Made by a program: the position numbers and the translations under genes. A DNA stretch of 64,000 nucleotides from NCBI GenBank assembly GCA_001244265.2, contig CDLV01000006.1, positions 1,364,001 to 1,428,000 on the forward strand, read 5' to 3'. This DNA is from Microbotryum violaceum (taxonomy: Eukaryota). Of this stretch, positions 1-15,216 are shown one piece after another. Within the stretch, counting starts at the first letter, position 1. The number at the start of each line of letters is the position of its first letter. The notes below the pieces were generated by a model. The model saw nothing but the letters and a program-made list of their open reading frames with translations, had not been told where the DNA came from and ran no database searches.

Positions 1-924
1 GGGGAGGTGGGCCCTACCCCATCAAACGGGTTCAGAAGATCGAAAATGTTGTAGATGTTGACTTTTGATCAATGATCCCTTGTGTTGATGACTCGAGTAC
101 CACGTCATACCCAGCTGGCAACAGCTAGTAGTAGTAGTACTAGTAGCGGTATGCTTTTCAAGGAGAACCCGGGAGACCACCCGAGGTCTGGGAGACCTCT
201 CCAAACTCTGGGAAACCTCACACTGGCGACAAAAAATCCACTGGCTTTCCCATGGGTCGCTGCCGTCACTGCGTTTGCGCCTCAAGAGATCAAGGCCCGC
301 CGAGGCCGTCACGACTCGGAGCCGAGCGTTGACGCGTTGACGACGTAGACAGCTTTCCGCTCCCTCAACTCGGAACAGCGCGCCAGCTGAAGAACCACCT
401 CACGACGAACATCTCTTACGCTCCTTACACTAGGTACCCAGCTCGTACCCAACGTCACCTCCGAACGAGGCGATTGGAGCTTTTCGTTGTGGGTGGGGGG
501 AAGGGGGTTTCTGCGATCGTCCCACCTCGCTGCCCCGATTCCGGGGAAAGCCCACAAAACCCCACCCCCTCTCCAAACTCTCTTCACCTCGTCGGCACCG
601 AGCTAGCCAACAACGTCGCACCCACCTCGTCCGCGCGCCCAACTCGTCCTCGTCACAGCGATTATGTTTGGCCTATTCCTCTCGTAGTAGTAGGTGTAGC
701 ACCTGGTCAGTCACAGTCACCTCCGTGGGTACCTGTGTCGCACGCATGTACCAGCGGAGTGATCGTCGCGGCTGAGGCGCTAAGGCGCTGAGCGCTGAGC
801 GCTGAGTTGAGCGCTGAGCACTACGTCGCACGGGTCATCACAGCGCCGCCCCAACTGAATCTCGACCCATTCACCCCTCAGATCCGAGCAGCAGCATCAC
901 CAAAGAACAGCCTACTGCCCCACC

Positions 925-3900
925 ATGAGCTCTCCGTCAACGCCGATGTCGGCCTCGCCCTCGCCCTCAACGAGCGCGCTTATCGAGCATGCGAAACCCC
1001 CATCTGGCAGCAGCCACGAGCGGAGCAACTCGAGCGTCTCGCCCTCCAAACGAATCCCACTCAAGCGCCAACAGCAAGCGCAGCAGCAGCGACTGCAAAA
1101 ACTGGGCCAACGACCCAAAGAAGCGGTGCGGCACGATATCGAGTTGCTCAGCGACTCTTCGTCCGACGACGAGCAACCCGACGAACCGCTGTTGCAATGG
1201 AAGAGGAGGGCCAGTCAAAACAACGCCGCTTCGACGACCGCAAAGCCTTCGTCGGCTCGAGCGGGTCCGACTCAAGCCTCAAAGGCACCGGCATCCCACA
1301 ACCCACCTGGAAGGCCAACCAAGAAGAATGCGCGGTCGTCGGACAGTAGTGCCGAGTCCGACGAATCGACCGAGACCTCGGGGTCGAATTCGTCGTCTTC
1401 TTCCGCGACGCCCATGATGGAGCGCAAAAGGAGGCTTTCGAAGGAGACGCTCAAGACCAAGAAGAGGAAGACCTTGGGTTCAGGAAAGCGAGCAGATGCA
1501 GAGGATTCGGACATCCCAGCGAGCAAGGCAGCCAACGCCGGCGTCGCCTCAACTGTGCAAAAGAACGCCAGCACACCCAAGCTACAATGGCAAGTGTCGA
1601 GGAACCAGGGGCACGATCCTGTGGGCGGCTCTCACATCGCGGGAAAGGGCAACGGTAAGCGGAAAAGTACCGGGAAAGGGGACGAGGATGAAGTCGACGA
1701 GGCCTTATCGTGCGAGCTTTCCTCGGTGACCCACGAAGGCAATACGACCAAGGAGAAGGCAAGGGCTCCCGTCACCCAGCAGCGGGTACCAGATGACGAA
1801 CCCTCGTCGACCAAATCAGCCGCGACAGCTAGGATGCACCCGGCTCGGTTGAAGAGCAAGAAATCGGACGAGAGGCTGTGTCAAGATGATTCGGAGCGGA
1901 GATTCAAGAAGAAAAAGGACTCCGAGGGTGAGGGAGTCGATCAATCGGCAATCACAGCTGGGCCTACCCCGACCACGATGAGCGCAAAGCATCAAAAGTA
2001 CTCAACCGGATTGGCGCTGAATGTGGCATCGAAACCACCTGCGAAAACGACACCGGGCGGACCTGCACTCCTCATCAAAGTACCAGTAGCGGGATCTGGC
2101 GCAGCTTCGGCCACTCGAGATGCTCCATCGACGAGCTCAGGTGCCGTGGCATCGATAGCGCAAGCAAAACCTAGCCCGAAGCAGGCCCTCACCTCTTCCT
2201 TTCGACCTCAAAATCCGAATGAACTGGAAGTGGTCACACCGACGTCGGCGATGTCGACTCCCTCGAAAACTAAAACCCCCAAGTCGACTGCCCTTTCCTC
2301 GAAGCCATCAGCGCCTGTCACATCGTCAACCGCTTCTGCAGCTTGTTCCACGCGAACGGGTATGACCTCGTCAACACCGAATCTCTCGCAGATGAGAAGG
2401 ATTCCAAAATCCGTGCCAACGCAGCAATCGCCACAGCAAGACCCCACGATCGAGACTGATGACCAGGGACTTGCGTCGAACAGTCGGCTCGCCGGGACGG
2501 GGAAACCGTCGGCCACGAATCACCGTCCCGAAACGTCGCGACGAGTCAGCTCAAGCGCTGCGTCGGACTTCCGCTTTACGCTGAAAGAAGAAGCCATCAC
2601 CGGCTACAGTCTCTCGGGGAGATCCAAAGTCGACGACCGCGTCGACCTTGCCGAACCGGTCTTCATCGGCTCGCGAGACGACGCCGTTGCCTTCATCGAT
2701 TTCGCGCTGGCTCGCAATTGGTTCCGATCGAGAAAGAGGCTCTTCTTGAAGATAGAGACCACAGCGGACCCCGAAGATCCGCGGTCCAGTATGTCCCTGG
2801 CAACCATCGCTTCCCGTTCGCCCACGAGTGACAACTACCTCGTTAGCGCCTTCGCCCGACCGGCTCCAGGTCCTCTTACGCCAGAACTTCGCCGCCATCT
2901 GACGGCCCAGGGCGAGTATGCAGCGACGATGCTCCTCATTCGTGCGATCTTAACGCCGCACAAAGGACTCCTCGACGTCACGAAACTCCTACATTCCGCC
3001 GCTCACGACTCCAGTCTTGGTCAAGAAGACGTGGACTCTTTTGTTGACCGACTCCAAAAAGAGGCTTTGATCATTTGGCACGACTACAGGGAGCAGCACC
3101 CTCGACACCATCTGGTCAAGCTCATGCCTAGGATCATGAACTTGGGCGAGAAGGACGTTTTGCTCGTATGCGATCAACTCATCGAACTCTTCGAGAACGG
3201 CTGCGCAACAACGGCGAAGGGGAGCGTATTTCTGGGGTTCGGGTCTTGGGCGGGCAAGCTCGGTCAAGACATACTGACATGTACGAGGGTGAGTTTCGCC
3301 GCTTTGTGCTGAAGCGTGAGAATAATGCTTACTGAGTCCAGAATGTGGGCTTCCGTCACCCGTAGGCCCTGATTCAATTCGCTGAAGGGAAGCCAGCATA
3401 CTGGAAGAAAGTGGAGGCGGTCCTTACACGTCTCGGTCGGCTCTGCATCAGCGATGGATCGCAGACAGCGACAAGCATGTATCAAAAATTGAATGCACGG
3501 AGCCTCGAGGCACGCCATTCCTGCGCCGTCGCGGAGAGGCGTTACACGCAAGAAGGCAAAGCATGGCCGGAGCCCCGCATCGCGAACCCGGCAACGCAAC
3601 CGACTCAAACCAGAGCCTCAAAACTTTCGCGGCCGCATTCACCACCTGCTGCGATTCACGCCCCGAGTAAACCGACAGCGGGAGCCGCGACGTCAAGCTT
3701 TCCTTCAACATCATACCCCTCGACATCGACCGCTACACCTATCCAATCTTCGGTTGATCCGATTGCTCCTGGTTCGTCTGCAGTTGGACAAGGCACCGCT
3801 GCTTCTACACTGACCTCGACCTCCAAGGCGGCCGTTTTTTATGCGCCACTTCGCCCTCTACCTCTCCCCCCACCTGAGGAGAGGAAGAGCATCACTAGAC

Positions 3901-5801
3901 CGGCGGCAAATGATCCTAGGTTGGCAAAACGGTACAGCATCGGAGGGTGTGGCTCTAAGTACTCGTGTTGTGCCAGCGGGTATGAACGCTTCAAAACCCG
4001 ATTCAGCCTTGGAGCGCCAGTTTCCGCCGATTGTGGGGCCGATTGGAGCGGCCCCTCCGATCCTCGATGGGTTCCGGCACGCCTCTCCTGCTGTCATCGG
4101 CCAAGCAACAGAATACGTTTCCGACGTAAGAAACGGCACGAGCGACATCCTTCTGACTGTCGGAAAAAACTCTCCGGCACGGTTTTTGTCGGCTCCAACG
4201 CCCGCCCCAACTTCCACAACTTCCGTGTCGTCGATCACACCTGGTCCTGCTTCCGTGGCATTGCCCGATGAACCACCCAGCACAGGAAGGCGGCCATCGT
4301 TATCGACAGCCCTGCCCGACCGGCCACTTAAGAGGCTCAAGCTCATGGCATCCCGGATGACAAGCCCGTCAGATGTCCCCAGGCGCGCGTCGAAACTCCC
4401 GATCAGCGAAGAGATCGAGCCCGTGCTCGGGAGTCCTCTGAGTTCGGCCGCCTCTCGTGACCCGACTCCGGTGACGGGCTTGTGCCAAACTTCCTTATCG
4501 TCCGCACGCCGTGAGACCCCCGTCAATACACCGACAAGCATGAGTGGATCTCCAACGGCTCCCAACGTCCACGCTTCCTCGAACGGCCGGGCTTTCGTCG
4601 CACCCCCTCGAGCGCCTCGATCAAGCAGTGTCATCAAAACCAACAAAGAAGCTGGCTCTTTGCGACCACTCATCTCGGGACCATTCTACCACGAAGTGGT
4701 GGGCCATCTACTGGAGCCTGTAGATGTCCACCTACTTGATTCGAAGAGGATGTGGTCGAAGCAATTCGTACTCGACGATCCGCAAATTTTTGGTCGTCTG
4801 CGCGAGCTAAATCGAGAGGATACGGATCTCGACGCCACAGAGCTACCACTGCGAGCTCGAGGGGTATTTCGTCGGGATCCTGCGGCGGACGATGGTCTTG
4901 AGGATGTTTTGTGGCCTGCTGACATTACGCTCAGTGTGGCTACTGGCCCTTCTGGATCGTGGGAAAGAACCTGTCCGGTAACAGTCACCGACATCGTGCG
5001 TGCTTGCTTGTTCAATGAATCGCAACTCTATTTGAAAACTGATCCGTTATCATGTGATGGGTACTCTTTTAGGTTCCTGGTATCAACGTGGATACCTGCC
5101 CTTACTTTGACCTCACCCCCTACCTCGCTTTAGGCCACAACGCTTTCATCATTGCAAAGCTCGGTTCGGTGCGTTTCCCCCCCGGCCTGCGATTCTCAAT
5201 CGAGGTGTGCACGTCTTTCTCGGCTGGGCATGCTCGTCGCCAGATCAAGGAAGAAGAGGACGAGGACAAAACTTTTGAGTTGTATGAGGGTTTCAAAGCC
5301 CGGGCGATGCGGTGCGACTCGGTGAAGCTGTCCCTAGCGGATCCGAGGGCACCGACCAAGCGGATCGATTTGCCGGTGCGGGGACTCGAGTGCGAACACC
5401 TCGAGGTAAATTCTCTGCTGGCGGGGACCTGTGCGGACATAGCTCATCTTTTCTGCTTTGTCTTTGATCCTCCCGTGCAGACCTTTGATTTCAAGACACA
5501 TCTGGCTTCATCGACCAAAGACGATTGGAAGTGCCCGTTTGATCACACCCTCCTTCAAGGCAGCGACATCGGCTGTTCAAAATTCTGCCCTCCCTCGAAG
5601 CTGTGGATCTGTCACTATACGCTTGATAACGTGCTCAAAGGGGTTCCCGAAGAGTAAATGAACCAATTCCCTGATCCACCTCTCACTGTAAATGCTAATT
5701 ATGGTCCAACCCGATGTCGACATAGCGCGGTGGACGTCTTCATCGAGGCGGGTGCAAGTCAAGTCAAGGCTGAAGAGGCCGAATCGCCCATTGAGCCGTA
5801 G
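925..5801 (+). CDS. Multi-exon SP-RING (zf-MIZ) domain protein, Siz/PIAS-like SUMO E3 ligase candidate with a long low-complexity N-terminus
   Basis: Consecutive + strand ORFs 925-3312, 3411-4271, 3841-5133 and 5088-5657 can be joined by GT..AG introns (e.g. 3289-3341, 5406-5480). The C-terminal motif SLADP..RIDLPVRGLECEHLE|TFD...WKCP matches the SP-RING pattern. The 3' end (TAG 5799-5801) is approximate. Confidence 0.7.
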
Positions 5802-6000
5802 TGCTACACAAAAGTATGTGGAAATAGCGGAGGAACAACATGCCTTAATCAAGGGATACCGACCCTGCAGTGACCTTTTGCCTCCGGTTGAGGGCTCCTC
5901 ATCCCGTATTTACGCTTTAGCATGCGTTGTATAAATTTCGTACATCCACTTTCTCCTGGCAATTGCAGTTTGATGGACCTCGTGACCTCCTCCGATCAAT

Positions 6001-8035
6001 TCAACTCCGAATGGAAGACATGAGCAACTCATTTACTTTCTGAAGGACCGCTCGTGACGGATTTGTTGACGGGAAGGACTCCAAGATCCAAGCTAGACGG
6101 GATCGGATGATGTCCTTTGTTGGCCGTGCGGCAGACATCTCGAGCTCGCCTGCGTCGTTGTAAAGTTTTACTGTGGGCGTGCGCACGAAAAGGGTCAACT
6201 CGATCCCCGGGCTTTTCGTCGGGAGCGGTGACACGACGTACCAAACAGGATCAAAGCAAGTGCCACTCCAAGATCGTTCGCCTCGCTCTGTTGCGCAGAC
6301 TTGCCCACCTGCACAACAAGACTTGCATCGCTCCTCCCGAGTGCCTCTTTGGCAAATGTGATGGGACTATCAAGGCTCGAAAAGAAACCAGAATACCCCG
6401 CCTTGCCGGTCTTAGCCACCAGGACGAGATCCGGATGGCCATCCTTCATCTGCTCCGAGGCTGGTGTTGCTGGAATGGTCTTGCCCGCAAGAATTCGTAT
6501 TGTCGGGGTGGTGACAACCATTGAATTGGTGGGTTCAGCACCGAGAATTAAGCCCACTCCCGTCCGCCTGATCCATTTCACGGCTATTCCGTCCCCGTCG
6601 CCGCCAGAGCCTTGCGCAGGCAAACTTGCCCGACCTCTCTCTTCCTCCAAGACCCGTTCAATCACCCGGTCGACGTCCTGGCGCTTGGCTTCCAGAATGA
6701 AATTTTCGTGGTTCCAAAAAACGTCGGCGGTCAATCCCCTCGACCAACTTTCGTGGTCGTCACCGCTTCCCTGGACATAGGTGAATCCGAGCGCTCGCTC
6801 GAGGCCATCTTGGTCCCAGGCGAGCTTGCTTGCGCTGACACAGATGATGGGATAGAAGGTCGGGAATGAAGTGGACGGAGAGGGGGCGGATGAAAGCCTC
6901 GACGCAGGGGAGATGAATACGGGTCGCAAGGGGCGGTCGAGGGCGAGTAACGAGCTGAGGTCGTAAGACGAAGACTGAGGGGATCGCGATTGTGAAAGCG
7001 AGACGCGGGTCAGATAGCTTCGAAAGACGATCAGTACCTTCTCCCCTTACACAAGACCTACAATCAGTTTCAGTGCCCATTCTTGTATCCTTGCTTCGAT
7101 CTGAGAGTGCTCGGAACGGCTGATAGTAGACGACAAGGTCCACAAAGCTCCATCTCGTTTCCATTCCTCGATCGATACCGTCGAGTCCTCAGAAGTCGGC
7201 GGGAGAAGGATGCATCGGGCCGCGTTGAGTACCGCACACCAGGTCGGTACCGTCTTTGACAACGCATCGGGAAAGCGCTGCGATGAAAGTGGATCGCAGG
7301 TCAGTATGAAGAGCGAGTTGGGAACGGGCACCAGAGGATGCAGACCTTGCCCCTACGAGTGGAGTCAACGAGCGCGAGACTGCAATTGGTGGTGTATTTA
7401 ATTCAGCAGATTCCCGTAGACTGTATACCAAGGAGCATTGTCTCGCCTACCCCTGTCTTTCTTTAATCAACGACAGCAAAGACAAGTTTGCTCCTGAGGG
7501 GCAAATTCCATTGGACCGTAACGATGCGTCAATACCCCACCCTCACGTTTCTCCTTCATAGAAATTGGTTTGTAAAGTCACTTCTGAGATTGAAGTCGTG
7601 TTGCCCGGCGTGGCCATCGGTTGACTTGAAGTACGCGTGGGGCCGAACTTCCCCGGGAACCGGCTTCACGTACCATGCTCCGGCTCGTTGATTCGCTGCA
7701 ATGCAAGAGGTCCGATGGAGCCATCAGTGAGTATCATGGTTTGTTAACACCGAACAATTCTCCACTCACGAACAATAGGGAAGTCGGGAAAAGCTGCTTT
7801 GACTTGCTCGGACACAAACGCAGCATCCTCCGAAATCGAGTGCAACCGGTTATAGCTGCTCGCACAGCAAACCTCGAGACGTCAGTGCAGTAAGACCACA
7901 TTGCCATCCATATTTGACTAACGTATCGCGTAGTTCGGATCTGATCGTTTTCCGATGCGCTTGAAACGCGTCGCCAGATTCCGACGGAAAAATCAGCCGA
8001 GATCCTGATGCTACTGGGGTCTCACTGAATTCCAT
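6001..8035 (-). CDS. RIT1: Initiator tRNA A64-2'-O-ribosylphosphate transferase
   Basis: Spliced exons give YNRLHSI, ANQRAGAWY, YFKSTDGH, LVDSTRRGK, RFPDALSKTVPTWCAVLN and YVQGSGDDHESWSRGLT, all hallmark Rit1 motifs. ATG at 8035. Confidence 0.9.
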
Positions 8036-9032
8036 CCTGTCGAACCAATGTGTATTATCGTAGTTTACGATCCCGAGACCACGCTTGGATTTGTCTCTTC
8101 GGCGGTCAATCCACGACCAGGCACCGATCTTCGGCTTGCGAACGTTCGCCAAATTCGAAAGAGTGACTGGTAGGAACCAAAGGGGCGGCAAGCTCGCCAA
8201 CGGTACGGCTTTGACAGGCTCATTTTGCACGTGCAGGTCCTTTTCTCGCAATCCTCGATTTGGCCCTTCGTGTTTTGTGGGGTTTTGATTATTATCTCAG
8301 CAATGGAAAAGAGGAGGGGTTGAGAAGTAAGAGAGGAACGCGAGAAAACTCTAGATGCTACACAACCCACGCAAACAAACTGAATCAAACGAGACGATGG
8401 AAGAAAAAAGGAAGAACGAGAGGGAGAACGTAGTAAACACGGAGAATGCATCATCAAAAAAGTAAAAGGGACGAGGGGCGAAGAAATTCTATATCGGTGG
8501 GAGGGGAAAACAGAAAAGAACGAATCTCTATGTTTGCGGCAGGTCGTTGCATGATGTGGGACTGGTGTAAAGAATCGCGATCTTTCTTGCTTTGCGAAAA
8601 GGTTGAGGTCGAAGATGCAGGAAAAGGCGATACACACACGTAAGGGAGAATATCGAAGACTCAATTAAGGACTCGATTCCGTAATCGTGTGTTGGTTGAC
8701 CTTTCGTTGCCGAAGGCCTCGGTCGTTAGTACAAAAGAGGGCGAGTTGTTGTCAGGCATGCTGAACCGCGTGTTGAAGGGGTAAATAATAGTAGAATCTC
8801 GCCGGTGGTGACCCCTTGGCTTCGGGTCGGGCATTTCCGTGTTTGTTGGTCGCTGACGTGTGAATGTGATTGTTTTATGGTGTGGAGTAAGTTTGCTCGG
8901 GTGGGCGTGAAGTAGTATGAGGGTGAGAAGAGGCGGTCGGAGGGTCGAGAGACCGAGCGCGATGGACGAAGACGATGGACAAAATGAACAGACAAGCGCA
9001 AGGGCCGATGTACAGAGTCGCAAGCGAGTAGC

Positions 9033-11735
<2,703 letters not shown>

Positions 11736-12016
11736 ATACGTTGTAGGGGGTGGAAGAGCAGAAGACTGACGCGTCCAGGCAGGCGAGGGGGAAGTGGAGG
11801 GGATGGAGGGAGTAGTTGGGTATGAGACCAAGTCGTCGGGGTAGGAACACAAGAGCAGGTTGATCCGCCAATCGTCGTTCGACTTGGCTGCGAACGATCT
11901 TCACGCGGCCCGGCCCGGCTCTCGCGCACGGACCCATATGACGTACAGCCGAGGCTAATGATTTTTATTTTTTTCCTACACCGAAATCAATCTTGGGATT
12001 ATTCCCACAAGAAAAT

Positions 12017-13483
12017 TTACACTTTGGCCTTGCCATCACTTCCAAGAATCTTCTTGACCTCGTCTCCTTCCTTCTCCTTCTCCCACACAGGTCGCTAAGG
12101 CAGCAAAATTCACCCAGTCGCCAAGTCAGCAAGCCTGTGGGTCAGTCTTTGTCTGAGGAGGTAGTAGAGTACTCACAGGGGTTTCGTACACCTCCCTCGT
12201 CCTGCCGTACGTGATGCCTCCCAACCTCGAAACGGGAAGCAGCCTCTCCGTATCCACGAGCAAGCTGTCGTCGATCAAGTCGTCTCGGACGTGGAATCGC
12301 TTGATGCGACCAATGATGATCGTACTTGTGCGGTCCTTGTTGTCGTTGTGGAGATGGTAGTGATGTTCTGTCAAATGTGAAGCGAGGATATCGCCACGAA
12401 TAGGTGAGCCAACACACGGGGCAGAAGAATTGACCGTGTCGGATTGGGCGACTGACCGAGTTCACATTCCATCGAGAACCCACTCTCCCCGACCCTCGGC
12501 GCGTCGATCGTATCACTCTTCTTCGGCGTTAAACCCGACAAGGCCCATTCGCTGACCCCTTTGGGTGCATCGATCGAGGTGTAGTTGGCCGCGTCTACGA
12601 AGGGCTCGCTGATGATGTTGGTCGTGAAGTTCTTGGTTTGGAGGATGAAATCGCACGTGTGCTTGAGCTTATCCGGTCCAGGGTGATTGATCGAGACCAT
12701 CAACATGGGAGGATCGTGGCACGCGATGTTAAAGTCTAGTGAACAGAACAAGGTGGTCGGAGGTTCGATCAGTAAGCATCGTACACGGAATGGTTCGGAC
12801 TAGGGACAGAATTCTCAGGAGCGGCGAAGCGGTGGATGTACAGGAGAATGGGGCGAGGTTGGTTTGTCCCTCAGAGCTGATGGATGAGATGAATCCCACA
12901 GGTCTTGGGGTCTGTGGAGAAGCACACAGGTGTTCGCGGATGTTCGCGGTCAGTACCTGCATACGCCGCAACGGGCAGACTCAGTTCCCGGCCCGATCCT
13001 CTCCCGGCCGGAAACTCACCACCCCCTGAGTGTCAGGAAAGCCAACGATGCCCAGAATGTCGAGATCAGCTCCCAGAACCATCAGCAGCGATATGCCGGT
13101 AGATCCTTCTCTGCAGCGGGCTCACCGAAATCATCAGCTTGTACAAACTGGCCTTGTTGATCTTGTCGTCGCTCGGGTCGATCGTCCTGAACTTGACGTC
13201 GTCCTTGCCGCTCCACAGGCCGGACTTGACCCCGTCGAGCTCAACGTTCTTGGAAGCACCTGAGCCGGGGGTATAGTCCGGATCGACGGTTTGGGTGACG
13301 TTCCATGCCGTGGTGGCGGGAAACGCGGCTCGGCTCGCTTCGACCTGTGGGAAGGAAGTGGGGGCGATCCCGATGACGTGAGCAAAAAGGGGGGGGGGGG
13401 GGGGGATTGCGGATCGAGGAGCGAGGATCGCGGATCGCGCAGAACGTATGCCGTACCTCTTTAAAGGGGGGACGGTTCATCAT
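12017..13483 (-). CDS. Flavin reductase-like (DIM6/NTAB family) FMN-binding protein, multi-exon
   Basis: Spliced peptides YKLMIS-GV-TPRPVGFISS..NLAPFS, FTTNIISE, APRVGES, SRLGGITY. Ends ...GKAKV-stop at 12017. Confidence 0.85.
13389..13405. repeat. G17 homopolymer in intron 1 of the flavin-reductase-like gene
   Basis: Direct reading. Confidence 0.9.
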
Positions 13484-13844
13484 GGCTCGGGAAGTGCTGA
13501 GGGCAGTATGGAAGAGGTGACGGAATGTAATAATGGTGTGCGAATGGCGCAAGGCGACAGTATGTAGGTGGGAAGAGACAGGCAGAGCTCTGCTCGGTCA
13601 CGTCACCTTCCAAACTGCCGCTGGCTCAGGTCAGTTCGGCAGTAGTAATTCGGCTACGGGTCGCTCGCACAATGAAGAAGGGCGCACGGTCTGGTATTGC
13701 GAATCGAAATAGAAACAGCTACCAAAGAGGGATCCAGAGGCTTGAGGTCATCCCGCATGAGGACCCAATGTAGAATCATCATGAATTCCAGCTCGTCTTC
13801 GAAGACCCGGTCCAATCCCATTCCATCGAACGTCGAGCACAGTG

Positions 13845-13952
13845 GATAGATCAGCGTCTAATTAAAGAATCGCATCGTCGATTGATCATTCCTTTCAAGA
13901 AGGAATGCAATGACTTGACTAATGTAGATAAAATTTGTTCTTCATGTCTATC
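13845..13952 (-). ncRNA. Box C/D snoRNA with two LSU rRNA guides (U34/snR62-like D' guide)
   Basis: Minus strand: terminal stem GATAGA/TCTATC, box C ATGAAGA (13945-13939), C'-like ATGATCA, box D CTGA (13854-13851) and internal hairpin CATTCCTT/AAGGAATG. Guides TTATCTACATT and TTTAATTAGAC are complementary to recalled conserved LSU sequences AAUGUAGAUAA and GUCUAAUUAAA. Confidence 0.75.
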
Positions 13953-15216
13953 GTGTTCGACGTCGACTCTGGTGGGAGGGAAGAGAAAAGGAGGGAAGGG
14001 AACACGAGGGGATAAGATGATTGTTGCGAGTCGTCGGTAACTTCGTAGCACAAGACACAATGAAAGAATATGGGGTGGGCACCCCGGAAGCGGGGGGAAA
14101 TTGCGAGGGGCCACGTCGTTGGCGAACGAAGCGGACCTGCCACGCCCTCAGCAGAGGCGTGGGATGATCCCGAGTGAGGAGAGTAGTGAGAGAATGAAAT
14201 GCACGATCGGAATGGTAGGCACGATGGCGTATCAGCTAGACCGTCGGCAGGAGCCGAGCATGGCTCGATAGGACGAATGGGTGGTAAGTGGTAAGCGAAG
14301 AAGAGGCAGAAGACGGCGGCTGCCTGCGAAACTCAGCCGGAGGTTTCCGCCGGCGGGACGAAAATGGGTTTCGGACGCGCGAAGACCGATTTTGACCGGA
14401 CCCTCCTCCGCTCCTGGGCCCGTCGAGGGGGACGGCAGCTGACCTTTGCCTGCCTCGTACGTCGATCCACCCACTTCCCCCCGTCCCACCAAAAGATCGT
14501 AAGTCGTCACCTGTCGCCATTAATTCGTGCTGCTGGTCTGCTCTGCACACGCGAACGACCTCTTCCTGTTGCGCCGTTGCGTCCCGCGTACGACACCGCA
14601 ACTGCTGCCTGCCCGTCGAGTCGGGCCCCAGCTTCGCTTCGCCACGCCTCTGGCCTCGCCTCCGCTGGCGGGAGCGACTCGCCCCAGCGCTCTGCGTTTT
14701 TTCACCCGTCGATTCGGCTGCGGCATTTGCTCACCATCCCGAACCGCCCGGCCCTCATCATCGACTTCGACAAGCGGTATTGCCGTATATCGAATCTTTT
14801 CTCGCGATTCCAACCGGGGTCATCGGTGGAAGGGGTGGATACGTGGTGCAGAGGATTGTCGCACGGGCCTAGACGAATGTTGGCCGGGCGAAGCCGCGAC
14901 CGTCGTAGGCACGCGACGTTGCTGCACCCCGAGCGCTTGCACGGCGGTCTTGAACATGCGAAAGGGTGCTTCAAGCATAAATGGGGAATGTTCAGGGCTA
15001 GGCTAAGGGCAGAACCGTCGACGAAAGTGCATGTAGCGCCGACCCTCGACCTCGACTAGACTCGACGAGTCACGTACAGCCGGCCTTCGCGCGACCGGCC
15101 ACGAACGATCGCACGGGAGCAACCAAATACACACTTGCGCGCTTATCCTCACCAACACCGGAGGCTGACCTGGGTTCTACCGTCTTGATTGGCCCACACA
15201 CAGAACAGACGTCATT

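Noticed and set aside
789..819. TGAGCGC tandem repeats and other short repeats as a possible CRISPR-like array
   Set aside because: Simple microsatellites without unique spacers, in a eukaryotic context.
3858..4673. Long antisense or alternative-frame ORFs (also 26607-27233, 40135-40830, 47395-48105, 63226-63891)
   Set aside because: They overlap well-supported genes, have low-complexity composition and no domain motifs; expected in GC-rich coding DNA.
14364..15059. 231-aa ORF upstream of RPS18
   Set aside because: Arg/Pro-rich translation of GC-rich promoter DNA, with no codon-bias or motif support.
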